A DNA stretch of 64,000 bases from a virus: the IMG/VR virus record IMGVR_UViG_3300028384_000991, positions 32,001 to 96,000 of that record; one strand, given 5' to 3'. The position numbers and the translations under genes were made by a program. Positions within the stretch are counted from its first letter, which is position 1, and every line of letters begins with the position of its first letter. This document shows positions 39,506-49,047 of this stretch, in pieces. The notes beneath the pieces were generated by a model. The model was given only the letters and a program-made list of their open reading frames with translations, was not told where the DNA came from and did no database searches.

Positions 39506-40225
39506 ATGCAAGAGTTAGACAATTTCCATAATCAATATGGTAAAGTTATTAATGAAAAATACCCAGATACATTTGATCCTAAGTGGTTAGTAATGGAAAG
39601 CGGTTGGGGTTATTTTCATATTAGTGCTTTAGATAATCAACCTTGGAAAGAAATGCACAAAGAAGCAGAAGCACTTGCTGATAAGTTTCATTCACACAGA
39701 GAAGATAGTTACGGTAAAGGTTGGAAAAGTCTAACACTACACGGACTTAATGAAGATACACAAAGTCTTGGCCAATACGGCGAACGTGACGAAGTTTTAA
39801 AACAATTAGATTGGACTTGGGTAGCAGAGCAATGTCCTATAACTAAAAAGTTTTTAACTGATGTTTGGCCAGCAGAATTTTTAAATCGTGTAAGATTTAT
39901 GCTACTTGAACCGGGCGGATATATTCTTCCACATCAAGACAGACCAGATGAAGAAAAACGTTTAAGTGTGTGCAACATTAGTTTAAACAATCCTGAAGAT
40001 TGTACATTTGTATTCAAAGAAAAAGGTATTGTTCCTTTCAAGGACGAAGGCAGTGCGTTTTTAATGGATATCAGTAATCCACACAGTGTTTGGAATAAAA
40101 GCAATAAGCCAAGAATACACATGATTATACATTTCGAATTAGGTAGACGTACCAGAGATATGTTTTATACACTAAGGCAAAGTTTTTATACAAACAGGAG
40201 TAGGCTAAATGAAGGATTGGAATAG
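39506..40225 (+). CDS. 2OG-Fe(II) oxygenase (Asp/Asn beta-hydroxylase-like)
   Basis: RVRFMLLEPGGYILPHQD ... PHSVWN...RIHMI. Confidence 0.75.
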   Translation: MQELDNFHNQYGKVINEKYPDTFDPKWLVMESGWGYFHISALDNQPWKEMHKEAEALADKFHSHREDSYGKGWKSLTLHGLNEDTQSLGQYGERDEVLKQLDWTWVAEQCPITKKFLTDVWPAEFLNRVRFMLLEPGGYILPHQDRPDEEKRLSVCNISLNNPEDCTFVFKEKGIVPFKDEGSAFLMDISNPHSVWNKSNKPRIHMIIHFELGRRTRDMFYTLRQSFYTNRSRLNEGLE

Positions 40226-41684
40226 TCTATCTGTTGATCGTTATTACGAAGATTTAAATGCAAACGCAGATGTTGCTATAGGTATTCTTGATATTTCCAG
40301 AGACATTGATAACGAGTTTGTTGCAAAGCGGACATTTGACAAAACATATTTTTATGTAAATCGTATGCTAAAAATGAATCTTGCAAGTTATGTAGGATTT
40401 GAAAAAAGCGTAAAAACTCTATTACAAAAGTCAATTGAACAAAACAAAAAATATTGTATGATTGCTTGCCAAGGATTACTTCTTTATCGCGGTCCAAGTT
40501 TAGTGCAGAAAAGTGTAGAATATGCAAAAAACAATCCGCAGTTTTTTGTAGTAGGACACATCATGGATAAGAAAAGTCAGCATCATTATCTTACACAAGG
40601 TGCATACCCAGGACTTCATAGACAATATCTATTTGTAAATCTTTCTAAGTGGCAAGAACTTGGAGAGCCTGAGTTTGATGAGTTAGGCATTTTTACAGAC
40701 CGACCAAGAGAATATCGCAACGTAGAATTTAGTGCAGACACTATTCACAGCGAATACACACCAGCCTGGGTCAAAGGTGCTGAAGGATATAGCAAACATA
40801 CTATTACTGCTGACGGCAGTAACTGGATCCATCTTGCGGCAGAAAAAGGTATTACTATAGATAATCTTGATAACGATATGCGTGAGTGTAAGGTATTTCT
40901 TTATCCTTATAATAAACCACATATACTTGAAAAAGTATGGTTAGATAAACGCAATGACAAACTTGTTGATCAACTTAATTATAGTCAGAAGGCTTGGATA
41001 CGCAAACTTGGTTATCAAGAAGAAATTGAAAAAGATAGAGTGTATGCATTCAATACAGAAAGATTATCAGGAGAAGGAGTAAGAACAGATGGCAAAAATA
41101 TTGATCATCTTTTTTCAGCGGCCGCCGGCTTTAAGCCTCTTGCCATATTAAACGCAAATGGATTTCATAGGGGAACTACAGTACACTATTTTGATTGGTG
41201 CGAAGCAAGTCTAAAATATAAAAAGCATTTACTTGAAACTTGGAATGGTTATGATTTAGATGAATGGTTACTTGAACACGATTTAGAATATAATTTTAGT
41301 TCAACATTTAGAGGAAATTACAAACAGTTCTGGAAACAAGAACTTAAAGAGTTTGGAGGCAGTCTTGCATTTCAAAGACTATGGGATAGATACAAACAAT
41401 TAAAACATGAATTTCATGTAATAGATATTGTAAATGATAGTGATAAACTTTTTAATATAATTAATGATCTACATGGAACAAAAGTTTTATGGACTACAAA
41501 CATTTGGTCCAGTGAAATGTTGCATTGGAATATGCAACCAGAAGACTTAGAAACATTATACATAAAATTTAAGTCACAGATTCAAGATGACTTAGTAGTA
41601 TATGGACACGATTATTGTGCAATAGATTTAAATGACAGTGTAAAAGGAAATTACACTCATGTGAGGTATAACAATGGTAACTAA
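40209..41684 (+). CDS. Hypothetical protein, 491 aa (possible transferase)
   Basis: Long ORF in operon; no motif recognised with confidence. Confidence 0.7.
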   Translation: MKDWNSLSVDRYYEDLNANADVAIGILDISRDIDNEFVAKRTFDKTYFYVNRMLKMNLASYVGFEKSVKTLLQKSIEQNKKYCMIACQGLLLYRGPSLVQKSVEYAKNNPQFFVVGHIMDKKSQHHYLTQGAYPGLHRQYLFVNLSKWQELGEPEFDELGIFTDRPREYRNVEFSADTIHSEYTPAWVKGAEGYSKHTITADGSNWIHLAAEKGITIDNLDNDMRECKVFLYPYNKPHILEKVWLDKRNDKLVDQLNYSQKAWIRKLGYQEEIEKDRVYAFNTERLSGEGVRTDGKNIDHLFSAAAGFKPLAILNANGFHRGTTVHYFDWCEASLKYKKHLLETWNGYDLDEWLLEHDLEYNFSSTFRGNYKQFWKQELKEFGGSLAFQRLWDRYKQLKHEFHVIDIVNDSDKLFNIINDLHGTKVLWTTNIWSSEMLHWNMQPEDLETLYIKFKSQIQDDLVVYGHDYCAIDLNDSVKGNYTHVRYNNGN

Positions 41685-42510
41685 ATTTTTAAATAACTGG
41701 GCAGTAGAAATTGATGATTTTGATTTAAGAACTGCAACAGCACACGAAGCAAAAGAAATAGGAAAATATATTCTTAGTAATATGGTTGTAGTGTTAAGAG
41801 GACAAGATCTCACACCAGAAGATGAAGTTGCCTTTTGTAGTAAAATAGGTAAATGTCAATTTATTATTGATCCTACAAAACCTAAAGAAGGTCAACGCAC
41901 AGAACATCTTGCAGTAGGTCATCATATTTTACGTGTTACAGGAGAAAAGAATGAAAAGGGTGAAGAAGGTTTGTTTGGACATACTTCTGCACTTGACTGG
42001 CACGCCAACCAAGCAAGTAACTATGAGCGTGATCCTTTAATTTGGTTATATGGTGTAAAAGGAACACAAGGTAGTAAGACAAGTTGGATTAATAATATTG
42101 AAAGTTATAAAGCATTGCCAGAAGATCTCAAAGAAGAAATCAAGGACATTCAGATTACACTTGGATATAAGTCGGGTAGTTACAGTCCAAGTAAGTTCTT
42201 TATCGAACATCACAGCGAGGATAAACCCTTTAACTTAGTGCATACAAATGATGCAGGATATACAGGCTTGTATTTTCCTTTCTTACAAATCTTTGGTATG
42301 AAAGGTATTGAGCAAGAGCGTTATGAATCACTTATGGAAAGACTCAAAGAAGTAGTATTACGCCCTGAGTTTTGTTATGATCATCATTGGCAAGATGGTG
42401 ATGTTGTTATTAGTGAACAGTGGTTAAGTATTCATAAACGTTGGGCATTTGATAAAATGAATGAACGTGTACTTCATAGGATAGCATTCAATTATGAAAA
42501 CTTATTATAA
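41674..42510 (+). CDS. TauD/TfdA-family dioxygenase-like protein
   Basis: VVLRGQDLT, DWHANQ, HHWQDGDVVI...IHKR...RVLHR. Confidence 0.8.
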   Translation: MVTKFLNNWAVEIDDFDLRTATAHEAKEIGKYILSNMVVVLRGQDLTPEDEVAFCSKIGKCQFIIDPTKPKEGQRTEHLAVGHHILRVTGEKNEKGEEGLFGHTSALDWHANQASNYERDPLIWLYGVKGTQGSKTSWINNIESYKALPEDLKEEIKDIQITLGYKSGSYSPSKFFIEHHSEDKPFNLVHTNDAGYTGLYFPFLQIFGMKGIEQERYESLMERLKEVVLRPEFCYDHHWQDGDVVISEQWLSIHKRWAFDKMNERVLHRIAFNYENLL

Positions 42511-43063
42511 ACTTTTAGAATACAGTCCAGACATGGACTTGACAGAGTTTTACAAAGAAGCCGCTGAACAAGGTTATGTAAACAATTCAAATCAAAAAAT
42601 TATGATTGATGCGTTTAACAATGAGGAACGTGCCCAGGTATGGATACTATTCAAAGAAGATAAAGCCATGGGTGCAGTTGCCGCACATACATTTCCCGAG
42701 ATGGGAGAAAACAGTTATCGCATATTAACAAGAACCTGTGCTGTAGGAGGCATGATGCATTCTGCAGGATCGATGGGTAAGATGAAACGTAATGAAGATG
42801 TTACATCACGTTTTTATGTACCTAAGATGATCGAATGGTGCGGTAAAGATAGTAATATGTATTGTACCACTAATGATTTAGAAGGCGGTTCACAACGAGC
42901 AGTACACAGAGTTTGGTTACCAATTATGTCTAAACAAGGACTGTTTACTAAAATTAAAGAAATAGATTATAGAGGTGTAAGGCAAACAGTATGGCAACTA
43001 AATCCAGATAACTTTTTACAACACCTTAAAGATAATCCTTGGGACGATCATGTTTTACTTTAA
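42494..43063 (+). CDS. Hypothetical protein, possible GNAT-like fold
   Basis: Size and pattern (VWIL...MGAVAAH...YRILTR) are suggestive only. Confidence 0.4.
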   Translation: MKTYYKLLEYSPDMDLTEFYKEAAEQGYVNNSNQKIMIDAFNNEERAQVWILFKEDKAMGAVAAHTFPEMGENSYRILTRTCAVGGMMHSAGSMGKMKRNEDVTSRFYVPKMIEWCGKDSNMYCTTNDLEGGSQRAVHRVWLPIMSKQGLFTKIKEIDYRGVRQTVWQLNPDNFLQHLKDNPWDDHVLL

Positions 43064-43583
43064 GCAATTTGACATTGACGAACGTATTAGCAATGAAATA
43101 AAAGATTGGGGTGTAAACAATCTACAATCAAGTAATGTTCCTTTTGTTAAATTAGATGTCAACGATTTTAAAAAGCAATGTCCTTTGTTTATGCAATGGG
43201 CAGATCAAAAACAATTAAAAATAATTCTTGCAGTTGGAATTAAAGTTACTGCTGATTATAAACAGCCTGAAGTAGCAATACCACACGTTGATCTAATGGA
43301 CGATAGTAGAAGTATTGCATTAAACTTTCCTATATCAGGTTGTGAAGGTACTTGCACTAAAATGTATAATCTAATAAAGGGTGAGCAAATTAATATTGAT
43401 TTACCAGATGGAACAACCTACTCTAAGTTTAGTGACGACAGTGAGTTTGAAGAAGTAGCAAAGTTTTATCTAACAAAGCCAACGTTCTTTAACACAAGTG
43501 TACCTCATCAACTTTTCGGAGTTGAAAAGCAAGATCGTTTAGCGTTAAGTCTTAGATTTGAAAGTAATCCAGTTTTGGATTAA
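43050..43583 (+). CDS. 2OG-Fe(II) oxygenase-like protein
   Basis: IPHVD ... ALNFP ... NTSVPH ... RLALSLRF. Confidence 0.6.
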   Translation: MFYFKQFDIDERISNEIKDWGVNNLQSSNVPFVKLDVNDFKKQCPLFMQWADQKQLKIILAVGIKVTADYKQPEVAIPHVDLMDDSRSIALNFPISGCEGTCTKMYNLIKGEQINIDLPDGTTYSKFSDDSEFEEVAKFYLTKPTFFNTSVPHQLFGVEKQDRLALSLRFESNPVLD

Positions 43584-44884
43584 ACCATAGATTCCCAAGC
43601 ACTACCGTTGTAGAATACTGGGTAAGGTGTTGAACCTGCTGAACTTGCAGGATCCCAATCTGTTTTATTAGCAACAGCAATCATACCAATTACTGGAGTA
43701 CTTGGGGCCGCCGCTTGTGGCTCAAGGATCATTACACCTTCAATATCAACAGTTGCTCTTGCACTTGTTCTATTGACTGCAAGTTGACCTGCACTATCAA
43801 AGACCATACCTTTTAGGTCTGGTGAAGTATTTGTGCCTGCGTTTGTAAAGAATTCAATTTGTCCTGGTGCTTGATCGTTTGCAATAGTACCGTTTGGATC
43901 TAATCTAAAAGCAATACCTGATGATACAACTTTTGTACCACCACCAAAGTCTGGATCAAATGCAGTTGCAATTAATTCTGCAACATAAGAACCTGCTGTA
44001 CCCTTAACCTCATTGCCACCAAGTGACCCATCAAGGTTTGGTAGTCCGCCGTAGTAACCGTTGAATGCAATACCTGAAACTTGTCCAGAACCACTGCCAT
44101 TTAAACTTTGAATTCTAATTGCACTGTTGTTATCTTGGTTCCATACGTTCAGTACTGTGTTTGTTGGCTCAGTAGGATTACTAATGTTAACCAACGCAGT
44201 TGTTGAAGTTACAGTGTCGTCTGTAATTGTAATTACACCGTTGTGTAGGTATACTCTTGAATCAAGTCCATTAACAAGCATAGTTGAGTCTTCACCAAAC
44301 ACAGAACCAGTAACATCAGCACTGATACTGTTTAGTGCGCCACTTGATAAGTTAATGTCACCTGGTTTCCAATAACCAGCCGCATCGTCCCATAATAGAT
44401 ATTGTCCGTCTACCGGTGCGTTAATTCCTGCTGTTGCAACATCGCCAAAAATGTTAATGCTTTTTCCGCCAGCAGTAGCATCAAAGTCAAATGATGAAAA
44501 ACTTTCATCTGCTATTACCCAACCACCTTGACTACCGTCTGGATTGTTTAGAGTAGAGTCATATTTTAAAATTTTACCTGTAGCAACGCCTGTTGCGTCT
44601 ACGTTGTTTAGATCTTGAATATCTTGCACAACTTCTAATGTTTGTGCGTCCCATTGAGTACCTGTCCAAGTTAGCAATTGATTTGTTGCAGGAGCAATAG
44701 AAGTGTTTACATCAGTTAAATTACCAATGCTTAAATCCGGATTAATTATTCTGCCTGTTGCAGTTGTACCATCACCGATATACAGTTTACCTGTATCTGT
44801 TACATATATTGGTTCACCAGTTGCAGATACACCTGTTAGTGCTTGTAATTCTGCGTCGGTTCCTCTTCTAATCCTAAGTGCCAT
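43580..44884 (-). CDS. Tail fibre/spike-like virion protein, 434 aa
   Basis: MALRIRRGT...GEPIYVTDTGKLYIGDG N-terminal anchor domain; L.DV...Q.L.W.G..W fibre repeats. Confidence 0.7.
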   Translation of the reverse strand: MALRIRRGTDAELQALTGVSATGEPIYVTDTGKLYIGDGTTATGRIINPDLSIGNLTDVNTSIAPATNQLLTWTGTQWDAQTLEVVQDIQDLNNVDATGVATGKILKYDSTLNNPDGSQGGWVIADESFSSFDFDATAGGKSINIFGDVATAGINAPVDGQYLLWDDAAGYWKPGDINLSSGALNSISADVTGSVFGEDSTMLVNGLDSRVYLHNGVITITDDTVTSTTALVNISNPTEPTNTVLNVWNQDNNSAIRIQSLNGSGSGQVSGIAFNGYYGGLPNLDGSLGGNEVKGTAGSYVAELIATAFDPDFGGGTKVVSSGIAFRLDPNGTIANDQAPGQIEFFTNAGTNTSPDLKGMVFDSAGQLAVNRTSARATVDIEGVMILEPQAAAPSTPVIGMIAVANKTDWDPASSAGSTPYPVFYNGSAWESMV

Positions 44885-44918
44885 ACTTGTTAACTCCCGA
44901 AGTCTTTATTGCTATATG

Positions 44919-44924
44919 TATTTA
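44919..44924 (-). promoter_or_regulatory. Late promoter core TAAATA
   Basis: In the intergenic gap upstream of the fibre-like gene (GGGAG SD downstream). Confidence 0.55.
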
Positions 44925-44953
44925 TTCTTTTTGACTTCTTTTAATAATATACA

Positions 44954-45271
44954 TTATTTACGTATTTTGGCGTTTTTGAACACCTTTTGCGTACCCTTCT
45001 GTATATCTTCTTTTAGTTTACGTGTATCAATTGCAAAGTCAACACCACGTATATCCGGGCCGTATTGCTCGAATAAATCCCTAATTTCCTTCTCAAATTT
45101 CTTCTGAGAGAGAACAGGATTACATTCAATAATCCATTTTTTCCTGTTCTTAAAGACGACTTCAATGTGCTGAAGGTATTCAAGAGGTATAGTTTTTACT
45201 TCTATATTCTTGAATACTTCAGGCCAATGTCTGATTACGTCTTCAGGGAGTTTGAGCCTCTTGCCCCCCAT
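44954..45271 (-). CDS. Hypothetical protein, 105 aa
   Basis: ORF in operon. Confidence 0.65.
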   Translation of the reverse strand: MGGKRLKLPEDVIRHWPEVFKNIEVKTIPLEYLQHIEVVFKNRKKWIIECNPVLSQKKFEKEIRDLFEQYGPDIRGVDFAIDTRKLKEDIQKGTQKVFKNAKIRK

Positions 45272-45277
45272 TCTAAG

Positions 45278-45883
45278 TTAAGCCTTGGCTTTTTTCTTAG
45301 TGGGTACAAGTTCCTCTGCTTGACGTCTTAACTGCGCCGCTTCTTTGCTTAATCTATCTGCTTGTGAACGATAAGATTTAGCAAGATCTTCATCTGAAAG
45401 AACGTCTTCCTGTGCAGGAGCCGCTACTGGTTCATTTGAAGGTGCAGTTACAGTGTCAGTTGCAGGAACTGTTTCAGCAGTTGCTACTGGCTGTGTGTCT
45501 TCCTTAATTGCAAGATCTTCAATTGCCACACCTTTTTGATCAGCGATGATTTTGTTTAATTCATCTAACTGAATAGTTGTGTTAGTATCAGGCGTCATAA
45601 TAACATCTGACGTAGGTACTTTTTGCAATTTACCTTGTGCATGAAAACGTGCCAACATAACACTACCGTCTGAAAGACGTGTACGTGCCATTGCTTCTGC
45701 TAACTCATACGCATTCTGTCCAGAGTTTGAATCTACTAATTGCATTAAGATATCATGATCTGAATCAGTTAAGTTTTCAGTTGATACTACTAATGCACTA
45801 TTAGCATCACCTGGAAGAGTTCTGTATGCAACAGCAACTTTTCTTTTGTTGGTCTTCATTCTACCAATGTGTTTAATAGCCAT
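45278..45883 (-). CDS. Hypothetical protein, 201 aa, C-terminal coiled coil
   Basis: ORF with strong codon bias. Confidence 0.75.
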   Translation of the reverse strand: MAIKHIGRMKTNKRKVAVAYRTLPGDANSALVVSTENLTDSDHDILMQLVDSNSGQNAYELAEAMARTRLSDGSVMLARFHAQGKLQKVPTSDVIMTPDTNTTIQLDELNKIIADQKGVAIEDLAIKEDTQPVATAETVPATDTVTAPSNEPVAAPAQEDVLSDEDLAKSYRSQADRLSKEAAQLRRQAEELVPTKKKAKA

Positions 45884-46209
45884 TATTTTGTCTCCGGTGC
45901 AGGCTCACCTGATAATGCCGCAGACGCATCTGCTCCACTTACCGGTGCCGCTGTTGGTGCCGCTGGTGCTTCACCTTCTTTTGCTTTTGCGGCGTCAGCC
46001 TGTTGTTTTTGAACCTGCTGTAAGAATGTATCTAACTTATTATAAGTTGTACCTACAGCCGCCAATTCGTTTGCTTTAAATGCGCCACGTTGTGTAGCAA
46101 CATCAATTACAGTTCTTAGTGTGTTAAGATCCTGAACTGTCAATTCAACATTTCCGCCTTGTGCAGGTGCTTGACCTGGAGCCGGTTGTTGTGTATTTGT
46201 ATCAGACAT
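45883..46209 (-). CDS. Hypothetical protein, 108 aa
   Basis: AAGGAG SD; Ala/Pro-rich tails. Confidence 0.75.
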   Translation of the reverse strand: MSDTNTQQPAPGQAPAQGGNVELTVQDLNTLRTVIDVATQRGAFKANELAAVGTTYNKLDTFLQQVQKQQADAAKAKEGEAPAAPTAAPVSGADASAALSGEPAPETK

Positions 46210-46241
46210 ATGTCATTCTCCTTGTTTATTAGTAATATGCA

Positions 46242-46255
46242 TACTTAATTACTTA
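46242..46255 (-). promoter_or_regulatory. Tandem late-promoter variants TAAGTA
   Basis: Two reverse-strand TAAGTA upstream of 46209. Confidence 0.4.
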
Positions 46256-46528
46256 TTTGTATTTTAAAAGTGGACACGCCAAAGCGAAATATGAAAGTTC
46301 TTTTGGGTTCTCAAAACCTATCTTTACCTTGGTTTGCAGACTATTATTGTTATCAAACCCAACTGATCGTCCAATATAATATCTACTTTTACAGTTGTTT
46401 TCGATCCAAGTAATGATTGCTTTGTCCAAATTATAGCCTTGAGACAATTCCATATACTCTAAATGAGGTCCTGGATAATCTAATTTTCGTATGCTAAAAA
46501 AGTTAAGCGGATTTGGTTTCATTTTCAT
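46253..46528 (-). CDS. Hypothetical protein
   Basis: ORF in operon; IGFE.PKELSYF C-terminus. Confidence 0.6.
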   Translation of the reverse strand: MKMKPNPLNFFSIRKLDYPGPHLEYMELSQGYNLDKAIITWIENNCKSRYYIGRSVGFDNNNSLQTKVKIGFENPKELSYFALACPLLKYK

Positions 46529-47777
46529 AGTGTGTTGTAATTCCAAATGGTGCTTCTAATTCTTTGTTATGGTGACTGTGAATTACAAAGATTGTATCAC
46601 AGTAATCAGCATCACCCCAACTATCCCAAGTATAGCCATCTGTAAACATAATGAATTTCTTAGGAACAATATCATTGTCCTTCATGTATCTCCAATTAGC
46701 GTCAAAGTCAGTACCACCACCACCTTGTACTTCATAAGATAGTAGATCATCATTTGCCGCATCAAAATCTTGCTCGTTATAAACTTCTGTATCAAAACAC
46801 CAAATTTTAATTTGATAATCTTGATATTGATCCATAATGCTTTTAACTTCACTTAAGAATACTTGTGCCTGTTCGTTACTGATCGAACCACTCATATCAA
46901 TTGCAATACATAGATCAATTGTGTCTTGAAAGTTTAGTCCTGGAAGAATAGCACCAGTGTGCCAACCTTTACGTGAAGGACGACTAAAAGTAAAATCATT
47001 TTTAATAGTTGATTGAATCTGTTGCTGAAGAAGTTCTCTCCAGTTCATTTTAGGTTCAGTCAACTCTTTAATCATACGTTGAATTTCTTTAGGAAGATTG
47101 CCAGCACCTGTTGATTGTGCAGATGATATCATAGATTCTTTAATTTCGTCACGAATTTTACGCAACTCTTCTTTGCTATATGAAGGCTTGTCACCTTGTT
47201 TCTTTTGTTTTTTGCCACCACCATTGCTTTGGTCGTCACCATCTTTATCCCAATCAATATGTTCGTCAAGAAGTTGACCAAGTTGTTTCAATTCTTCTTC
47301 GTCATATTTGCTGAAGATTTCATCATATACTTCTTCTGAAGTCCAGCCATCATATTTAAAGTCTTGAAAGATTGGAATGTCTTTAGGCTTGTCGCCAATT
47401 TTATCACGTACAAGAATATTATTTACAATGTAGTCAGCGGCAATGTTATGAATCTGCGGATCACGTTTTTCTCTACGTGTCATATGATCATATACGCAGT
47501 GTAGAATTTCATGTGCAATAACAAACTCAACTTCTTTGTTTGTCATATTAGCAAAGAAAGGAACACTATAGAACAAGTGTCTGCCGTCAGTAGCGGCTGT
47601 TGGACACCAATCACTTGCTTCAACAACTTTAAGACGTGTAGCCATGTTGCCAAAGAAAGGGTGACGCATAAGCAGACCAACACGAGCAACGATAATTTTA
47701 TCTAAAACTTCTTTACGAAGTTCATCAGTTACTTCAATATCTGGTGTTTCTACTGCTTCTGTTGTTGCTACTGTCAT
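46503..47777 (-). CDS. VWA-domain protein with N-terminal HExxH metallopeptidase-like domain (DUF2201-like)
   Basis: TAATDG, AHEILH, IDMSGS MIDAS, GGGGTDF, FTDG. Confidence 0.85.
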   Translation of the reverse strand: MTVATTEAVETPDIEVTDELRKEVLDKIIVARVGLLMRHPFFGNMATRLKVVEASDWCPTAATDGRHLFYSVPFFANMTNKEVEFVIAHEILHCVYDHMTRREKRDPQIHNIAADYIVNNILVRDKIGDKPKDIPIFQDFKYDGWTSEEVYDEIFSKYDEEELKQLGQLLDEHIDWDKDGDDQSNGGGKKQKKQGDKPSYSKEELRKIRDEIKESMISSAQSTGAGNLPKEIQRMIKELTEPKMNWRELLQQQIQSTIKNDFTFSRPSRKGWHTGAILPGLNFQDTIDLCIAIDMSGSISNEQAQVFLSEVKSIMDQYQDYQIKIWCFDTEVYNEQDFDAANDDLLSYEVQGGGGTDFDANWRYMKDNDIVPKKFIMFTDGYTWDSWGDADYCDTIFVIHSHHNKELEAPFGITTHYENETKSA

Positions 47778-47809
47778 GCCATGTTCTCCTTGTGCCTTAT
47801 TATTTTACT

Positions 47810-47838
47810 ATTATAGTATATTTAACGGTAAATGTCAA
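47810..47838 (-). promoter_or_regulatory. Sigma70-type promoter TTGACA-17-TATAAT
   Basis: Perfect consensus upstream of the VWA gene. Confidence 0.8.
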
Positions 47839-47840
47839 CC

Positions 47841-47877
47841 AAAAAAGAATGGGTAGGACACCAAAATGCCCTACCCA
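47841..47877 (-). terminator. Rho-independent terminator after the AAA ATPase gene
   Basis: TGGGTAGGGCA-TTTTGG-TGTCCTACCCA stem-loop followed by TTCTTTTTT. Confidence 0.8.
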
Positions 47878-47882
47878 AAATG

Positions 47883-48968
47883 TTATGATGCCTGTGCGGC
47901 AGTAACATATTTCCCATAACGTTCATGGAATTCATCAAAACACTCAACTTCATCTGGATCGATTGGAAGTTCGTATTGTGTAAGAGCAAGTTTAATACCC
48001 ATTACAACCAACTCAGTGTCAAAATTATCCATTGCAAAACGTAGGAAGTTATTAACTTTATCGTCGAACTTCTTATCGTTTTTGTCACAGGATTCTTTAA
48101 GTTCATAGCAGAGTGAGACAGTCAAGGAATACATGGCACTGATTTCTTTTGTCTTCAACTCTTTAACCTTACCATCCAAGATTTCCGAAGGGTTCGGAAG
48201 TTGGGATGCCATCTTACGATGGGCCATGAACTTAACAGCAAGGCCTTCGCCTACTGCACCACTAACCAAATCAGTAGTGGTATTCTCGTCATCATCGTCT
48301 TCTAACAGTTCGGACACAAATGACCAAGAACGCGGTGTTGCAAATGAACGACTTGGACTTTTAGGATCAAAGTCATACAAGTCTTTCTTTGCAAATGTCA
48401 AGTAACCCACAACATCTGTATGGATCTTGTTTTCAGTTGCCCAAGAAAACCAATCGTCAAAATCTACTTTAAGTTCTAAGTGAACAAAACGATTAGCCAA
48501 TGGAGCAGGCATTCTGTATGTAACACCTTTGTCAGCGTCACGGTTACCAGCGGCAACAATCAAAACGTTGTCTGGCAATACATATTGACCAACCTTACGG
48601 TTAAGGATCAACTGATATGCCGCGGCTTGTACAGCCGGCGCCGCAGAATTCATTTCATCAAGAAACAGAATAATCTTCTTATGTTTCTTTGCCATTTCGG
48701 CAGTTGGTAGTTCTGCTGGTGGTGCCCATTTCATGCAGTTATCGTTAGCCGCATAATATGGAATACCTTTAATGTCTGTGGGTTCCCACAGTGACAAACG
48801 AACGTCAATTACAAGTGCGTCCAATTGTTCACCAATTTGATGAATAATATCAGACTTACCAATACCTGGTGCTCCCCAAATAAAGATAGGACGTTGTTTG
48901 TTAAATGCACGAAGAATGCTTTTCTTCGCGTTGTTTGGACTAATAGTCCGAGTTGCAATGTTTTCCAT
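47883..48968 (-). CDS. MoxR-like AAA+ ATPase
   Basis: GAPGIGKS Walker A, LFLDE Walker B, AAGN, PLANRF. Confidence 0.9.
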   Translation of the reverse strand: MENIATRTISPNNAKKSILRAFNKQRPIFIWGAPGIGKSDIIHQIGEQLDALVIDVRLSLWEPTDIKGIPYYAANDNCMKWAPPAELPTAEMAKKHKKIILFLDEMNSAAPAVQAAAYQLILNRKVGQYVLPDNVLIVAAGNRDADKGVTYRMPAPLANRFVHLELKVDFDDWFSWATENKIHTDVVGYLTFAKKDLYDFDPKSPSRSFATPRSWSFVSELLEDDDDENTTTDLVSGAVGEGLAVKFMAHRKMASQLPNPSEILDGKVKELKTKEISAMYSLTVSLCYELKESCDKNDKKFDDKVNNFLRFAMDNFDTELVVMGIKLALTQYELPIDPDEVECFDEFHERYGKYVTAAQAS

Positions 48969-49018
48969 TTTGTACTCCTTGTGTTTCAGTGCCTTACTTA
49001 ATTTCTAAGTATGTATAT

Positions 49019-49047
49019 ATAATACACTCACAGTACCAAAAGGTCAA
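49019..49047 (-). promoter_or_regulatory. Sigma70-type promoter TTGACC-17-TATTAT with A-rich upstream tract
   Basis: Upstream of the AAA ATPase; A-tract at 49051-49068 on the minus strand. Confidence 0.7.

Noticed and set aside
14462-43583. RiPP cluster interpretation of the radical SAM-SPASM genes
   Set aside because: No precursor peptide, RRE, peptidase or exporter seen; neighbours are sugar enzymes
48183-48199. TTCCGAA-GGG-TTCGGAA inverted repeat in the ATPase gene
   Set aside because: Short, intragenic, no U-tract; plausible by chance
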